64,000 nt of DNA, taken from assembly GCA_963762145.1 (NCBI GenBank), contig CAVXJS010000011.1:672001-736000 (forward strand). Reading direction: 5' to 3'. Below, one piece after another: positions 62,180 to 64,000 of this stretch. The notes under the pieces are model-generated. The model did not search any database and was not told the origin of the DNA. It worked only from the letters and a program-made list of their open reading frames with translations. The DNA comes from an uncultured Candidatus Rokubacteria bacterium. GTDB lineage: Bacteria; Methylomirabilota; Methylomirabilia; Rokubacteriales; CSP1-6. The position numbers were made by a program, and so were the translations under genes. The first letter of the stretch is position 1. Every line of letters starts with the position of its first letter.

Positions 62180-63468
62180 AGACGCTGTTCGCCGCGGGGC
62201 TGAATCATCGCACTGCGCCGGTGGAGGTGCGCGAGCAGCTCGCGCTCGAGGAGGAGAAGATCCGCGAGATTCTCGCGGATCTCACCGGGCGCGGGCTCCT
62301 CGACGAGGTCATGATCATCTCCACCTGCAACCGGGTCGAGGTCTACGGAGTGGCCGCGGTGCCCGGCGAGGCCCGCACCGCTGCGTTCGGGCGGCTCGGC
62401 AGCCATCGGGGGCTCCAGTGGCGCGATCTCGAGCCCCTGGTCTACACCGTCACCGGCGACGAGGCGGCGCTGCACGCGTTCCGCGTGGCGGCCAGCCTGG
62501 ACTCCATGATCCTCGGCGAGCCCCAGATCCTGGGCCAGGTGAAGGACGCCTTCGCGCTCGCCCAGTCGGCGGGCACCGCGGGGCCGGTGCTCCACGCGCT
62601 CATGAGCCAGGCCTTCGGCGCGGCCAAGCGGGTGCGTACCGAGACCGAGGTGGGCCGGCTGGCGGTCTCGGTTTCCTACGCCGCCGTCGAGCTGGCGCGG
62701 AAGATCTTCGACGGGCTCGAGGGCCGGGCGGTGCTGCTGGTCGGCGCGGGGGAGATGAGCGAGCTGGCCGCCCGGCACCTGGTGGACCACGGGGCGCTTC
62801 CGCTGTACGTGGCCAACCGGACGTGGAGCCGGGCCCAGGAGCTGGCCCGGGGGCTGGGCGGGACCGCGGTCCCGTTCGGGCAGCTCGCGGCCACCCTGGC
62901 CCTGGTGGACATCGTGGTCACGTCGACCGCGGCGCCCGAGCCGATCGTCACCGCGGACCAGGTGCGGGCCGCGCTCGAGAAGCGCCGGACGCGGCCGCTC
63001 TTCTTCGTCGACATCGCGGTCCCGCGCAACGTGGACCCCGCGGTCAACGATGTGGAGAACGCCTTCTGCTACGACATCGACGACCTGCGCTCGGTGGTCG
63101 AGGCGAATCTCAAGGAGCGGCAGCGCGAGGCCCTGCGCGCGCAGGCCCTGCTCGAGGGCGAGGTGGTGAAGTTCGCGGCGCGCCTGCAGCAGCTCGAGGT
63201 GGTGCCCACCATCGTGTCGCTCCGGGAGAAGCTCGAGGCGATCCGTCGCGCCGAGCTGGAGCGGGCGCTCGGGCGCCTGCCCGGCGCGGGCGAGGAGACC
63301 CGGCGGGTGATGGAGGCGCTGAGCCAGGCCATCGTCAACAAGGTGCTGCACGCGCCGATGGTCAAGCTGAAGGACTCGTCACGCGCCGGCCACGCGCGGC
63401 GATGGACCGAGATGATCTCCGAGCTGTTCGGGCTGCGGGGGTCCGCCCGTCCCGACTCGCGCGAATGA
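62176..63468 (+). CDS. hemA: Glutamyl-tRNA reductase
   Basis: GLNHRTAPVEVRE, STCNRVE, SLDSMILGEPQILGQVK, GAGEM, DIAVPRN. Confidence 0.96.
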   Translation: MKTLFAAGLNHRTAPVEVREQLALEEEKIREILADLTGRGLLDEVMIISTCNRVEVYGVAAVPGEARTAAFGRLGSHRGLQWRDLEPLVYTVTGDEAALHAFRVAASLDSMILGEPQILGQVKDAFALAQSAGTAGPVLHALMSQAFGAAKRVRTETEVGRLAVSVSYAAVELARKIFDGLEGRAVLLVGAGEMSELAARHLVDHGALPLYVANRTWSRAQELARGLGGTAVPFGQLAATLALVDIVVTSTAAPEPIVTADQVRAALEKRRTRPLFFVDIAVPRNVDPAVNDVENAFCYDIDDLRSVVEANLKERQREALRAQALLEGEVVKFAARLQQLEVVPTIVSLREKLEAIRRAELERALGRLPGAGEETRRVMEALSQAIVNKVLHAPMVKLKDSSRAGHARRWTEMISELFGLRGSARPDSRE

Positions 63469-64000
63469 AGATTCGTCTGGGCACGCGGGGCAGCCGTCTC
63501 GCGCTGGTTCAGAGTGAAGAGGTGGCGGCGGCGCTGCGCGCCCGCGGCGCCCTGGTCGAGCTCGTGGTCATCAGGACCTCCGGAGATCGCCTGGCCCAGG
63601 TCGCGCTCGCCGACTTCGGCGGCAAGGCGCTCTTCGTGAAGGAGATCGAGGAGGCGCTGCTGGCGGGTCGGGTGGACGTCGGCGTGCACAGCCTCAAGGA
63701 CATGCCGTCGGAGCTGCCGGCCGCGCTCACCCTCGGGGCGTTTCCGCTCCGCGAGGATCCGCGCGATGTCCTGCTCGGGCGGCGCGACGGAGGGTGGGAC
63801 GCGCTGCCCGCGGGCGCGGTGGTGGGGACCTCGAGTCCGCGGCGCCGCGCGATGGTCCTCACGCGCCGGCCGGATCTCCGGGCCGAGCCGATCCGCGGCA
63901 ACGTCGACACGCGCCTCGAGAAGCTGCGCGCGGGCGGGTACGACGCGCTCATCATGGCCGCGGCGGGGCTCAAGCGCCTGGGGCTCGATCCGCCGCATGC
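63465..64000 (+). CDS. hemC: Hydroxymethylbilane synthase (partial; runs off the window)
   Basis: RLGTRGSRLALVQ, GKALFVKEIE, VHSLKD, REDPRD, GTSSPRR, IRGNVDTRL. Confidence 0.93.
   Translation, partial: MKIRLGTRGSRLALVQSEEVAAALRARGALVELVVIRTSGDRLAQVALADFGGKALFVKEIEEALLAGRVDVGVHSLKDMPSELPAALTLGAFPLREDPRDVLLGRRDGGWDALPAGAVVGTSSPRRRAMVLTRRPDLRAEPIRGNVDTRLEKLRAGGYDALIMAAAGLKRLGLDPPH

Noticed and set aside
1-64000. CRISPR array, tRNA/rRNA, prophage, integrase or transposase
   Set aside because: No regularly spaced repeats, RNA-gene signatures or recombinase motifs seen by eye; a covariance-model scan was not run

Overview
A very GC-rich (roughly 70% by eye) bacterial chromosomal segment made up mostly of core and metabolic genes. 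The gene content and order (ilvB-ilvN-ilvC-psd-pssA-leuB-asd-truA, a tripartite tricarboxylate transporter, ccsA-hemA-hemC) suggest Rokubacteria/Methylomirabilota or a relative; this is inference only. I saw no rRNA, tRNA, CRISPR array, integrase or transposase. The block at ~8.9-15.9 kb is full of single-base indels, and leuD, the oxidoreductase alpha subunit, terC and truA have isolated ones, most likely long-read assembly errors. Best candidate for an undescribed system: an oxalate-oxidoreductase-like, apparently CoA-independent 2-oxoacid:ferredoxin oxidoreductase operon with TctCBA, TerC and a FadR-family regulator. It shares a TGGTCnGACCA operator with a selenocysteine-containing, NrfD-anchored formate dehydrogenase operon 19 kb away, suggesting a C2/C1-acid regulon. 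Other notable items: (1) a cytochrome P460/c'-beta-fold protein fused to a cupredoxin; (2) a sulP-ppk2-ackA islet flanked by a decayed duplicate of the smr 5' end; (3) a palindromic repeat present both intergenically and in-frame inside genes; (4) a corrinoid-activator/MaoC/UroD-like cluster; (5) a stand-alone His-Cys caspase-like protein; (6) candidate operators for a CGNR zinc-finger and a MocR regulator; (7) many apparently leaderless genes. Family assignments and reference motifs come from recognition and memory, not database searches.
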